From assembly GCF_000021865.1 (NCBI RefSeq), contig NC_014034.1, positions 570,001 to 602,000 of the forward strand: a stretch of DNA of 32,000 nucleotides. The letters run 5' to 3'. The notes beneath the pieces were generated by a model, which was given only the letters and a program-made list of their open reading frames with translations, searched no databases and was not told the origin of the DNA. Source of the stretch: Rhodobacter capsulatus SB 1003 (GTDB taxonomy: Bacteria > Pseudomonadota > Alphaproteobacteria > Rhodobacterales > Rhodobacteraceae). Positions 10,880 to 19,493 of this stretch are shown one piece after another. A program made the position numbers and the translations under genes. How positions within the stretch are numbered: position 1 is the stretch's first letter; every line of letters starts with the position of its first letter.

Positions 10880-10892
10880 GGCGGCCCGGGCA

Positions 10893-11023
10893 GGGGGCGC
10901 TGCCCCCTCTTTCGGCTGCGCCGAAATTCACCCCCGGGATATTTGAGGCAAGATAACGGGCGCCTATCACCTTGGTGCAAATATCCGGGGGGTGAGGCCG
11001 AAAGCCGAGGGGGCAGCGCCCCC
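10893..11023. repeat. ~130-bp composite palindromic intergenic element (REP/MITE-like)
   Basis: The left arm is 10893-10945 (GGGGGCGCTGCCCCCTCTTTCGGCTGCGCCGAAATTCACCCCCGGGATATTTG). The right arm is 10978-11023 (CAAATATCCGGGGGGTGAGGCCGAAAGCCGAGGGGGCAGCGCCCCC). They are imperfect reverse complements around a 32-bp centre. Each arm also holds local hairpins (GGGGGC-GCT-GCCCCC and TTTCGGC-TGC-GCCGAAA). Confidence 0.7.
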
Positions 11024-11249
11024 TTTTCCCGTCGTGTGGATCGCGCAACGTTCAGGCGGATTTTCTCCCTGCGGCATCGCTGCATCTGGTCGCTGAGGGA
11101 TTTGTGAGTTTTCCTGACCAAAGGGTCGAAGCGGATCTCGGTCCGCATTTGGGCGCAGGCAGTGCGCATGCCGGACGGGTCGGGCTGTTCGGGAACGTGG
11201 TGTCTTGTCCGCGGTCCTGTCACATGTTCGGACTGGTCGGGGACGAAAA

Positions 11250-11513
11250 ATGGTCGGATTTGGCAGATTGCTGGTGTTGCTCGCCGTCATGGCGATTTCG
11301 GGGTATTGGGTGTTGCGATTGTCGATGGCGTCGCGAAAACGTGAAGCCCTCGAGGCGGCCTGGAACGAGGGCGCGGGTGATGCGTTGGATTTCGACGCCT
11401 ATCTAAAGAGCGGAATGGCCGCATGGGAAAGCAGCCTGCCGCAGCGCATGTTGCGTCTGGTGATGCTGCTGCCTTTCGCGGTCGTGGGCGCACTCGTCTT
11501 TTTCGCCAACTGA
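11250..11513 (+). CDS. hypothetical membrane protein (87 aa, two TM helices)
   Basis: Internal ATG 11250 of ORF 11205..11513 (the track start is TTG). The product is MVGFGRLLVLLAVMAISGYWVL...LVMLLPFAVVGALVFFAN. It ends 3 nt before the next gene. Confidence 0.55.
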   Translation: MVGFGRLLVLLAVMAISGYWVLRLSMASRKREALEAAWNEGAGDALDFDAYLKSGMAAWESSLPQRMLRLVMLLPFAVVGALVFFAN

Positions 11514-11516
11514 GAG

Positions 11517-12170
11517 GTGAGCATGGGATACGTCAAATGGACTTTCTGGCTGCTGATCGCGGTGATCTGCGGCAGCTTGCTGCACTATACCCTGCCCCGG
11601 CACGAGATCGTGCGGGTGGTCAACATCTATCAGGAACGGCAGGATCTGAGCGGCTGGACCAGCATCTTCTGGTCGGGGCCGAAGGTGAAATCCGGCACGC
11701 AGACGAGCTATGACGTGCAGTTCATCTCTTCGGTGACGCCCGAAGGCAAACCGAAGGTCTATCGCAACCAGGACACCGGCTGGGGCTGGCCGCCCTATTT
11801 CAAGTTCGATACCGCCAATCTGGCCACGCAGGCGGCCAATCAGCAATCGAATGCCGAGTCGCCGAAATGGGTCGACGTGACCTATTACGGCTGGCGCAGC
11901 GAATTGTTCTCGATCTTCCCGAATGCGGTCTCGATCAAGCCCGTGGACGGGCCGGATGTGTCGATCGTTCCGTGGTTCAACATCGTCTTCCTGACGCTGC
12001 TGGTGATGGCGATCCTGACCGTGCGGGCGCTGTGGATCCAGTTTCGCCGCAATGCGATCGATCCGGTTCTGGGCGATGTCGCCGATGCGATCGAGGATGT
12101 GACCGACCGCGCCGAATCGGGCGTCGACAGGGCCCGCGGCATGTTCGACGACCTGACCGGGAAGAAGTGA
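11517..12170 (+). CDS. membrane-anchored hypothetical protein, possibly DUF1523 family
   Basis: ORF 11517..12170 starts at GTG; ATG 11523 (MGYVKW...) is an alternative. It has an N-terminal TM (WTFWLLIAVICGSLL) and a second TM (WFNIVFLTLLVMAILTV). The family assignment is from memory only. Confidence 0.7.
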   Translation: MSMGYVKWTFWLLIAVICGSLLHYTLPRHEIVRVVNIYQERQDLSGWTSIFWSGPKVKSGTQTSYDVQFISSVTPEGKPKVYRNQDTGWGWPPYFKFDTANLATQAANQQSNAESPKWVDVTYYGWRSELFSIFPNAVSIKPVDGPDVSIVPWFNIVFLTLLVMAILTVRALWIQFRRNAIDPVLGDVADAIEDVTDRAESGVDRARGMFDDLTGKK

Positions 12171-12224
12171 TCAAGGCGGGCGCTGCCCGCAGGGCCTTGA
12201 GATCTTTCGCGCAAGATGAAGCAG

Positions 12225-12253
12225 ACCGCGTCCGGGTCCCGGGCGCGGTTTTT
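12225..12253 (+). terminator. rho-independent terminator after the 11517-12170 gene
   Basis: ACCGCGTCCGGG/CCCGGGCGCGGT forms a 12-bp stem with one G.U pair, followed by TTTTT (12249-12253). It lies in the 87-bp gap before the convergent ALDH-like gene. Confidence 0.7.
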
Positions 12254-12257
12254 GGGT

Positions 12258-14597
12258 TCAGATGCCGTAGGGCACCCAGATGGTTTTCGTCTGCGTGGCT
12301 TGCGTGAGCGTTTCCCGCAGATCCTGCGCCGCCCAGTCGCGCGCCGTCGGGCACCAGGTCGCCTTGAGGTTGGCTGCGCTGTCGCGTTCCACCCGCGCGG
12401 CGCCTTCGGGCGTGCCCGCATACCAAAGCGCGGCCACGTCGTCGTGGCCCGCCAGCACCTGCGCCAGATCTTCGCGCGGGCCCGAGATCAGGTTGACCAC
12501 CCCGCCCCGCACGTCCGAGGTATCGAGCACCTGCGCGAAATCGGCCGCCACAAGCGGTTGTGCCATCGCCGGGATCGCCACCACCCGGTTGCCCGCCGCG
12601 ATCGCGGGCAGCACCAGCGCGGCCAGCCCGAGCAGCGGTTGGCGGTTGGCGCAGGCGATGCCCAGAACGCCCCAGGGCTCGGGCCGGGTCAGGGTCAGCA
12701 TCTGCGGCTTGGTCTGGATCACCGCGCCCGCGATCTTGTCGGCCAGCGCGGCGGCGCGGAAGGCGAGCCGGATCGTCTGCGCGACTTCGGCGGGATCATC
12801 GCCGCTCTCGGCCAGACGCGCCTCGAACTCTGCCGCCCGAAGCGACAGGTTCTCGGCCAGGAAGTAAAGCACCTGCGCCCGGGCGGCGCCGGTCAGCTTC
12901 GACCAGCCCGACGCCTTGTGCGCGGCCTCGACCGCGTTGCGGATGTCCTTGCGCCCGCCCAGGGGGGCAAGGCCGATCTCGCGGCCCGCATGGGTGACGC
13001 GCCAGCTGTGCCCGCCCTCGGGACGTTTCTGCGCGCCGCCGATGTACAGCTTCGCCGTGCGGTCGATCGGCTGCGGCAGGGCGGGGTCGGGGCAGGGGGC
13101 GGCGCTGAAATCCGGGGCGGGGGCCTCTGGCTGCGGCGCGGCCGCGGGGGGGCGCAGGAAGGCGCGCAGAGCCGCGCGCCCGCCGGTGCGGCCAAGGCCG
13201 CTCTCGCGCTTGCCATCCGAGGGGGCGGCGGCATCGGCGGTGCCGTGGCTGTTGATCCAGACCGTCCCGGTCGCCAGTTTCGCCGCAACATCCTGTGCCA
13301 GCGTGATGTTTTCCGACCAGACCGAGGCGGCACGTCCCTGCCGACTGGCATTGGCCAGCGCGATCGCTTCGGCGGGCGTGCGGAAGCTGGCCAGTGTCGC
13401 AATCGGGCCAAGGCCGTCTTCGGTCACGCAGGGATTGGTCGGTTGCGCGTCCAGCAACAGCCCGGGGGCGACGAAATTGCCCTGCGCGGGCAGGGGGGCG
13501 GACGATTGCAGCAGCCGTGCCCCGGCCGCGACGCCGCGGGCCAGCAGCGCCAGGACGCGGTCGCGCTGCGCCGCCGAGACGAGGGCGCCAATGTCGGTGC
13601 CCTTGTCGAGCGGATCGCCCAGCCGCAGCTTCTCCATCCGGGCGGTCAGCCGGGCGGTGAAGCGCTCGGCCACCGCTTCGGCGACAAGGATCCGCGCCCC
13701 GCCCGCACTGCTCTCGCCCTGACCGGTCCAGGCCGCGGTCACGACGCCCTCGACCGCCGCGTCCAGATCGGCATCGGCAAAGACGAGAACGGGGGATTGG
13801 CCGCCCAGCTCCAGCCCCAGCGCCTTGCCCGAGCCCGCCGTGGCCTTGCGGATCGCACGGCCGATGTCGGTCGCGCCGGTGAAGGCGATCTTGTCGACTT
13901 CGGCCGCGACCAGGGCGGCGCCGGTCGCGCCATCGCCGGTGACGATGTTCAAAACGCCCGCAGGCAGGCCGATCTCGAGGCAGATCTCGGCAAGGGCAAG
14001 GGCCGACAGCGGCGTTTCCTCGGCCGGTTTCACCACCACGGTATTGCCCGCGGCCAGCGCCGGGGCGAGGGTCCGGAGCAGTCCCGGAAGCGGGCAGCCT
14101 GACGGCAGGATCGCCCCGACGACGCCCAGCGGCTCCAGACCGGGGAATTCCCCGGCGCAGAGTTCGGCCCAGCCGGCGTGGTGGTAGACCTCGCGGATCG
14201 CCAGCGGCAGGTCGATGTCGCGGCATTCCCTGATCGGCTTTCCGGTATCCAGAACTTCCAGAATTCTAAGAAATGCTTCGCGTTTCTGCAGGTTGCGCGC
14301 AAGGGCATAAAGCCATTTCGCCCGCTCATGCCCCGAAAGCGCGGTCCAGCCGGGGGCGGCGGCCCTTGCGGCGGCGACGGCGGCGGTCACATCGGCCGCG
14401 CTCCCCCGGGTGACTTCGGCCAGGGGCTCGTCGGTGGCCGGGTTATGCACCGCAAGCTGCGGCCCGGGCGCGGTCATCGCCCCGCCGATCAGATGGCCAA
14501 AGCGCCCGCGCGCCTGCAGCCACCCCATCACCTCGCCCGCGGCCTCGGGGGCGGGGCCATAATCCATCGTCGTCAGGATGTCGTTCACGGAAGGCAT
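12258..14597 (-). CDS. aldehyde dehydrogenase family protein, 779 aa: one full-length ALDH-like domain plus a truncated second ALDH-like half
   Basis: ORF 12258..14651; start taken at ATG 14597 (MPSVNDILTTMDYGPAPE), 7 nt after the deoC stop. ALDH motifs present are GNTVVVKPAEETP, IAFTGATDIGRAI and LELGGQSP. The nucleophile segment reads GQGESSAGGAR with no Cys. The second half (from about LYIGGAQKRPEGG) repeats only the cofactor-binding part. Confidence 0.88.
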   Translation of the reverse strand: MPSVNDILTTMDYGPAPEAAGEVMGWLQARGRFGHLIGGAMTAPGPQLAVHNPATDEPLAEVTRGSAADVTAAVAAARAAAPGWTALSGHERAKWLYALARNLQKREAFLRILEVLDTGKPIRECRDIDLPLAIREVYHHAGWAELCAGEFPGLEPLGVVGAILPSGCPLPGLLRTLAPALAAGNTVVVKPAEETPLSALALAEICLEIGLPAGVLNIVTGDGATGAALVAAEVDKIAFTGATDIGRAIRKATAGSGKALGLELGGQSPVLVFADADLDAAVEGVVTAAWTGQGESSAGGARILVAEAVAERFTARLTARMEKLRLGDPLDKGTDIGALVSAAQRDRVLALLARGVAAGARLLQSSAPLPAQGNFVAPGLLLDAQPTNPCVTEDGLGPIATLASFRTPAEAIALANASRQGRAASVWSENITLAQDVAAKLATGTVWINSHGTADAAAPSDGKRESGLGRTGGRAALRAFLRPPAAAPQPEAPAPDFSAAPCPDPALPQPIDRTAKLYIGGAQKRPEGGHSWRVTHAGREIGLAPLGGRKDIRNAVEAAHKASGWSKLTGAARAQVLYFLAENLSLRAAEFEARLAESGDDPAEVAQTIRLAFRAAALADKIAGAVIQTKPQMLTLTRPEPWGVLGIACANRQPLLGLAALVLPAIAAGNRVVAIPAMAQPLVAADFAQVLDTSDVRGGVVNLISGPREDLAQVLAGHDDVAALWYAGTPEGAARVERDSAANLKATWCPTARDWAAQDLRETLTQATQTKTIWVPYGI

Positions 14598-14604
14598 CTT
14601 TCCC

Positions 14605-15558
14605 TCAGGCAAGCGCGTGGCGGTGGCTGGCGGCATAGCGGCCGGTGACATGGGTTTCGAGCTGGCGTTCGATATCGCCCAGCATCGAGGAGGCGCCCAG
14701 ACGGAAGAGATCGGGCCGGAGCCAATCGGTGCCCAGCTCTTCCTTCATCAGGATCTGCCAATTCAGCGCGTCCTTGGCGGTCTTCATCCCGCCCGCGGGC
14801 TTGAAGCCGATCTTCACCCCGGTCCGCGCGCCAAAGTCGCGCAGCGCGCGCGCCATCACCAACGACACCGGCAGGGTGGCATTCACCCCCTCCTTGCCGG
14901 TCGAGGTCTTGATGAAATCGGCCCCCGCCTGCATCGCCACCATCGCGGCCTTGTAGACATTCGACAGCGTCTGCAGATCGCCCGTCGCCAGGATCGCCTT
15001 CATATGCGCCGCGCCGCAGGCCTCGCGCATCGCGGCGATCTCGTCATGGAGTTGCGCCCAATCGGCCCGCAGCACCAGCGCCCGCGAAATCACGATGTCG
15101 ATTTCCGCCGCGCCCTGTTCGACGGCATAACGGATCTCGGCCAGCCGCAGCGGCAGCGGCATCAGCCCGGCGGGAAAGCCCGTCGCCACCGAGGCCACGG
15201 GAATTTCCGTGCCTTGCAAGGCCCGGACCGCCGCCGCCACCATCGTCGGATAGACGCAGACGGCGCCGGTGGTCAGCCCCTCCAGCCCCAGCCCGGCCAG
15301 GATGTGATCGGCGAGCGGCGCCCGCGCCTTGGCGCAAAGCCGCGCCACCCGCGCCTCGGTATCGTCGCCCGACAGCGTCGTCAGATCCATGCAGCGGATC
15401 GCATTCACCAGCCAGGCGGCCTGCCATTGCTTCTTCGGCGACCGGCTGGCCACCAGCTGCGCGGCGCGGGCCTCGGCGGCGGGGGTGTTGACGGCGATCT
15501 CCTCGAACCAGCTGCGGTCGAGGGGGAAGCCGGGATTGCGAAGATGAGGATCGGTCAT
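14605..15558 (-). CDS. deoC: deoxyribose-phosphate aldolase (long, ~317-aa form)
   Basis: Internal ATG 15558 of ORF 14605..15723. Signatures are IRCMDLTTLSGDDT, VCVYP, ATGFPAG, EIDIVI and ADFIKTSTGK (Schiff-base Lys context), plus GFKPAGGM. Confidence 0.9.
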   Translation of the reverse strand: MTDPHLRNPGFPLDRSWFEEIAVNTPAAEARAAQLVASRSPKKQWQAAWLVNAIRCMDLTTLSGDDTEARVARLCAKARAPLADHILAGLGLEGLTTGAVCVYPTMVAAAVRALQGTEIPVASVATGFPAGLMPLPLRLAEIRYAVEQGAAEIDIVISRALVLRADWAQLHDEIAAMREACGAAHMKAILATGDLQTLSNVYKAAMVAMQAGADFIKTSTGKEGVNATLPVSLVMARALRDFGARTGVKIGFKPAGGMKTAKDALNWQILMKEELGTDWLRPDLFRLGASSMLGDIERQLETHVTGRYAASHRHALA

Positions 15559-15734
15559 GGCGGGCCCGTGGTTGCGTTCCCGCAGGCTAGCGGCTGCCGC
15601 CCCGGGCTTCAATGACCGGCAAAGGCGCAGATTTCGGCGCCGATTTACTCTGACGTGCGGAAACTTCGCCAAACCGGCGGGAAATCGTTGCGGCAAGAGC
15701 CGTTTTGCGCATTCTGACGGCATTTGAGGTGATC

Positions 15735-16076
15735 ATGACGATGATGGCGTTGCGAATCGAGGAACGGGTGGCGTTTGCCATCGAGCGGCTGCTGCGGGCG
15801 GATGACTCCTGGCGCGGTCTGGTGCGGGACATGGTCGATCGCTGGCCGGAGGAACCGCCGCTGGAACTGGGGTTCACGCTGGTCTCGGCGGCCTCGGCGA
15901 TCGAAAGCTCTTTCGCGGAAGGCAGCCCCGCGCGCGAGGCGGCGATGCAGGGCTATCGGCTGGCGGCGCTGGTCAGCATGGATGTGCATGCGATGCAGCT
16001 TCTGGGCATGGCCTGCGACCGGGCCGACCATCTGCTGGCCTATTGGGACATCGACCCGTTCTTCGCAAGACTCTGA
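15735..16076 (+). CDS. hypothetical protein (113 aa)
   Basis: ORF 15705..16076 (TTG start); ATG 15735 is preferred because of SD GAGGTGA. Third-codon positions are strongly G/C. No recognisable family. Confidence 0.55.
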   Translation: MTMMALRIEERVAFAIERLLRADDSWRGLVRDMVDRWPEEPPLELGFTLVSAASAIESSFAEGSPAREAAMQGYRLAALVSMDVHAMQLLGMACDRADHLLAYWDIDPFFARL

Positions 16077-16092
16077 AAGTTCCGAAAACGGA

Positions 16093-16117
16093 AAAGCCCC
16101 GCCGAGGCGGGGCTTTC
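16093..16117. terminator. bidirectional intrinsic terminator between convergent genes
   Basis: AAAAGCCCCGCC-GA-GGCGGGGCTTT has a 9-bp GC-rich stem flanked by an A-run and a T-run. It therefore ends in a U-tract when read on either strand. Confidence 0.75.
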
Positions 16118-16138
16118 GGGATCGCTTCGGGCGAAGCC

Positions 16139-16498
16139 TCAGGCGTTGGCGGCGCGGATCTGGTCGGCGCGGCCCTTGTCATAGGCGATGCCCTTGTCGT
16201 CGAAGAGCTTGTCGAGTTCGCCCGAGAGCATCATTTCGGTGACGATGTCGCAGCCGCCGACGAAGTCGCCCTTGACGTAAAGCTGCGGGATCGTCGGCCA
16301 GTCGGAATAATCCTTGATGCCCTGGCGCACCTCGGCATCGGCCAGCACGTTGACGTCCTTGTAGGTCACGCCCAGGTAGTTCAGCACGCCCGCGACGCGG
16401 CTGGAAAACCCGCATTGCGGCATTTCCTTCGTGCCCTTCATGTAAAGGATGACATCGTTTCCGGCGATATCGGCCTTGATCTGGTCGAGTGCGGTCAT
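16139..16498 (-). CDS. grxD: monothiol glutaredoxin (Grx4 family, CGFS active site)
   Basis: ORF 16139..16498 contains [36 protein letters not shown]. Confidence 0.95.
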   Translation of the reverse strand: MTALDQIKADIAGNDVILYMKGTKEMPQCGFSSRVAGVLNYLGVTYKDVNVLADAEVRQGIKDYSDWPTIPQLYVKGDFVGGCDIVTEMMLSGELDKLFDDKGIAYDKGRADQIRAANA

Positions 16499-16532
16499 GG
16501 GAGGGTCCTTTCTGCGAAACGTGAACCGCGGC

Positions 16533-16772
16533 TCATTCGGCCTTGGTGGTCAGGGCAAGGGCGTGCAGCGGCGCATTCGGCCCGTCCATCGCGCCTTTCA
16601 GCGTGGCGAAGACGGCGCGTTGCTGCTGCACCCGGTTCAGCCCCTTGAACGAGGCATCGATCACTTCGGCCCCCCAGTGGTTGCCGTCCCCGGCAAGGTC
16701 GGTGATGGTGATCTTTGCATCGGGAAACCCGGCGCGGATCAGGGCTTCGATGTCACTGGCTTCCATCGGCAT
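16533..16772 (-). CDS. BolA family protein
   Basis: ORF 16533..16778 (the track start is TTG). ATG 16772 is preferred because SD AAGGAG lies 6 nt upstream. Signatures are [32 protein letters not shown] and LHALAL. Its stop lies 34 nt upstream of the grxD start. Confidence 0.88.
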   Translation of the reverse strand: MPMEASDIEALIRAGFPDAKITITDLAGDGNHWGAEVIDASFKGLNRVQQQRAVFATLKGAMDGPNAPLHALALTTKAE

Positions 16773-16953
16773 GGGCAACTCCTTGTTCTGGGATCAATCT
16801 AGGCCGCGGGGGCAGAGGCGACAAGAGCCAAGCACCGGTTGCGTGTGCCAAGTGACGCAGCGGGCAGGGGCCGCGGCGAGGACGGGGGTCAGGACGGGGG
16901 CAAGTGTCGCCGAGCTCGGGGGGGCGCTTCTGCCCGCCCCGGAGCTTGCGTTT

Positions 16954-19116
16954 TCAGCCTTCGACGGCGGCGGCGAAGGCGGTGCGGTAAAGCGTGCTGA
17001 GCTCTGCCAGCGGCGCGGTGTCGGCGCCAAGGGCGACTGTCGCGCCGCCGAAGATGCCGACCCGGTCGAGCGGAACGCCCGCGGCCTGCGCCGCAGCTTC
17101 CAGCGCCTCGGCCCCGGCCTCGTCGCAGGCGACAAGGTAGCGGGCCTGATCCTCGCCGAACAGCTGGGCGATGTCGCCGCTGTCCAGCTGCACGCCGATC
17201 CCGGCGGCCTCGGCCAGCTCAAACGCCGCCAGCGCCAGACCGCCATCGGTCAGATCGGCGGCGGCTTTCAGCACCCGGCCATTGGCGCGGATGAATTCGC
17301 CATGCTTGCGTTCATCGGCCAGATCGACCGGCGGCGCATCGCCCGCCTCGATCCCGAAGGCCTCGGCGGCCAGCGCCGATTGCCCCAGATGGCCATGCGT
17401 CACGCCGATCACCAGCGCGATATCGCCCGCTTCCGGCAGCCCGCCGATCAGATCATCGAGCGATTTCAACAGGCCCACGGCGCCGATCGTCGGCGTCGGC
17501 AGGATGCCCGACCCATCGGTTTCGTTGTAAAGCGAGACGTTGCCCGAGACGATCGGGAAGTCGAGCGCCCGGCAGGCCTCGCCGATGCCTTTGATCGCGC
17601 CGACGAACTGGCCCATGATCTCGGGCTTTTCCGGGTTGCCGAAGTTCAGGTTGTCGGTCGTGGCCAAGGGCAGCGCGCCCACGGCCGAGAGGTTGCGATA
17701 GGCTTCCGCCACCGCCTGCTTGCCGCCCTCGAACGGGTTGGCTTTCACGTAACGGGGCGTCACGTCGCTGGTGAAGGCCACCGCCTTGTTGGTGCCATGG
17801 ATCCGCACGACGCCCGCGCCCAGACCCGGACGGCGCACGGTGTCGCCCATCACCTGGGTGTCATATTGCTCGAAGACCCAGTTCTTCGCGGCATAGTTCG
17901 GCGAGCCGATCAGCGCCTTCAGCGCGGCAATCGGGGTGATCTCCGGCAGCGCGCCCAGCGGCGCGGCGGCGGGCGTTTCCACCCAGGGACGATTGTATTC
18001 CGGCGCCGCCGAGGAGAGTTTCGACAGCGGCAGATCGGCCTTCACCTCATTGCCATGCAGGATCAGGAAGCGGTCCTCGGCGATCGTCTCGCCGACGATG
18101 GCGAAATCCAGATCCCATTTTTCAAAGATCGCCCGTGCCTCGGCCTCTTTCTCGGGCTTGAGCACCATGAGCATGCGTTCCTGAGACTCGGACAGCATCA
18201 TCTCGTAGGCGGTCATGTTCTTTTCGCGCTGCGGCACGGCGTCAAGGTTCAGCTTGATGCCAAGCCCGCCCTTGTCGCCCATCTCCACCGCCGAACAGGT
18301 CAGGCCCGCGGCGCCCATGTCCTGAATCGAGATCACCGCATCGGTCTGCATCAGCTCCATGCAGGCTTCCATCAGGCATTTCTCGGTGAAGGGGTCGCCG
18401 ACTTGCACGGTCGGGCGTTTTTCTTCGATCGTGTCGTCGAATTCGGCCGAAGCCATGGTGGCCCCGCCGACGCCGTCGCGGCCGGTCTTGGCGCCAAGGT
18501 AGACCACCGGCATGCCGACGCCCGAAGCGGCGCAGTAAAAGATGTTGTCGGTCTGCGCGAGGCCCGCGGCAAAGGCGTTCACCAGACAGTTGCCGTTGTA
18601 GCTTTTGTGGAAGCGCACTTCGCCGCCGACATTCGGCACGCCAAAGCAGTTGCCGTAAGAGCCCACGCCCTCGACCACACCCTTGACCAGATGCGGGGTT
18701 TTCGGGTGGGAGGGCACGCCGAAGGACAGGCTGTCCATCGCCGCGATCGGCCGGGCGCCCATGGTGAAGACGTCACGCAAAATGCCGCCGACGCCCGTCG
18801 CCGCGCCCTGATGCGGTTCGATGTAGCTGGGGTGGTTGTGGCTTTCCATCTTGAAGATGATCGCCTGCCCGTCGCCGATATCGACGACGCCCGCGTTCTC
18901 GCCGGGGCCGCAGATCACCTGCGGGCCGGTGGTGTGCAGCGTGCGCAGCCAGACCTTGGACGATTTGTAGGAACAATGCTCGTTCCACATCGCCGAGAAG
19001 ATGCCCAGCTCGGTAAAGCTCGGTTCCCGGCCGATGATCTCGAGGATGCGCTGATACTCATCCGGTTTCAGCCCATGGGCGGCAATCAGGTCGGGGGTGA
19101 TCTGCGGCTCGGTCAT
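16954..19116 (-). CDS. purL: phosphoribosylformylglycinamidine synthase subunit PurL (FGAM synthase II)
   Basis: ORF 16954..19131. ATG 19116 ([24 protein letters not shown]) is preferred because SD GGAGGA lies 4 nt upstream. Signatures are [21 protein letters not shown] and [14 protein letters not shown]. Confidence 0.96.
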   Translation of the reverse strand: MTEPQITPDLIAAHGLKPDEYQRILEIIGREPSFTELGIFSAMWNEHCSYKSSKVWLRTLHTTGPQVICGPGENAGVVDIGDGQAIIFKMESHNHPSYIEPHQGAATGVGGILRDVFTMGARPIAAMDSLSFGVPSHPKTPHLVKGVVEGVGSYGNCFGVPNVGGEVRFHKSYNGNCLVNAFAAGLAQTDNIFYCAASGVGMPVVYLGAKTGRDGVGGATMASAEFDDTIEEKRPTVQVGDPFTEKCLMEACMELMQTDAVISIQDMGAAGLTCSAVEMGDKGGLGIKLNLDAVPQREKNMTAYEMMLSESQERMLMVLKPEKEAEARAIFEKWDLDFAIVGETIAEDRFLILHGNEVKADLPLSKLSSAAPEYNRPWVETPAAAPLGALPEITPIAALKALIGSPNYAAKNWVFEQYDTQVMGDTVRRPGLGAGVVRIHGTNKAVAFTSDVTPRYVKANPFEGGKQAVAEAYRNLSAVGALPLATTDNLNFGNPEKPEIMGQFVGAIKGIGEACRALDFPIVSGNVSLYNETDGSGILPTPTIGAVGLLKSLDDLIGGLPEAGDIALVIGVTHGHLGQSALAAEAFGIEAGDAPPVDLADERKHGEFIRANGRVLKAAADLTDGGLALAAFELAEAAGIGVQLDSGDIAQLFGEDQARYLVACDEAGAEALEAAAQAAGVPLDRVGIFGGATVALGADTAPLAELSTLYRTAFAAAVEG

Positions 19117-19292
19117 CGGCTCCTCCGGCATCGGCTTTGGCTTCCCTTAGAACATCGGGGCCGGTCGGGGAAGGGGCCTGCGCGCTGCGGGGGCGGATTT
19201 TGCCGCGGCCGTCGCAAGGCGATACAGCCAGAGCGCGAGAGCGGTGCAAAACGACGCGGAGCGGTCGGAAAACGCCGCTTTTACCCGAAGAT

Positions 19293-19321
19293 AAAAAAAG
19301 GGCCGAGACAAGCTCGGCCTT
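19293..19321 (-). terminator. rho-independent terminator read on the minus strand
   Basis: The minus strand reads AAGGCCGAG-CUUGU-CUCGGCCC followed by UUUUUUU (A-run 19293-19299 on the + strand). It lies about 175 nt downstream of the LysR-family stop and upstream of the purL promoter region. Confidence 0.75.
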
Positions 19322-19376
19322 AGTCCAACAGGGAGGTAGAAGGTGATGCGCGTTTCCGCAACTCATCGCCTTCGAA
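19293..19376 (-). ncRNA. candidate small RNA (~80 nt); the 5' end is inferred only
   Basis: On the minus strand, TTGAAC (19409-19404) is followed by 16 nt and then ATAAAT (19387-19382), a sigma70-like promoter. Next come a stem-loop with a GAAA tetraloop (19370-19342), the single-stranded stretch UUCUACCUCCCUGUUGGACU (about 19341-19322) and the terminator at 19321-19293. Local GC is well below the coding average. Confidence 0.3.
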
Positions 19377-19493
19377 GCCCGATTTATGGGCAGAATAAGA
19401 ACGGTTCAAGGAGAATCATGCTGCGAGTGCAGCATGGCAGCTATGCGTTGCGCGAATGTCTGATTTCGCTTGCCGGTTGCGTCTGCCCCGGGA

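Noticed and set aside
12216-14102. 628-aa + strand ORF, with nested ORFs at 12796-14226 and elsewhere
   Set aside because: It is antisense or out of frame relative to the ALDH-like gene, whose frame carries clear ALDH motifs.
19117-19292. Possible riboswitch (ZTP or purine) in the purL leader
   Set aside because: I could not find the conserved ZTP/pfl or purine-riboswitch core sequences in the minus-strand leader. Only weak local hairpins are present. A covariance-model scan (Rfam) would settle it.
16543-19323. 926-aa + strand ORF
   Set aside because: It is antisense to bolA and purL. purL on the minus strand is unambiguous.
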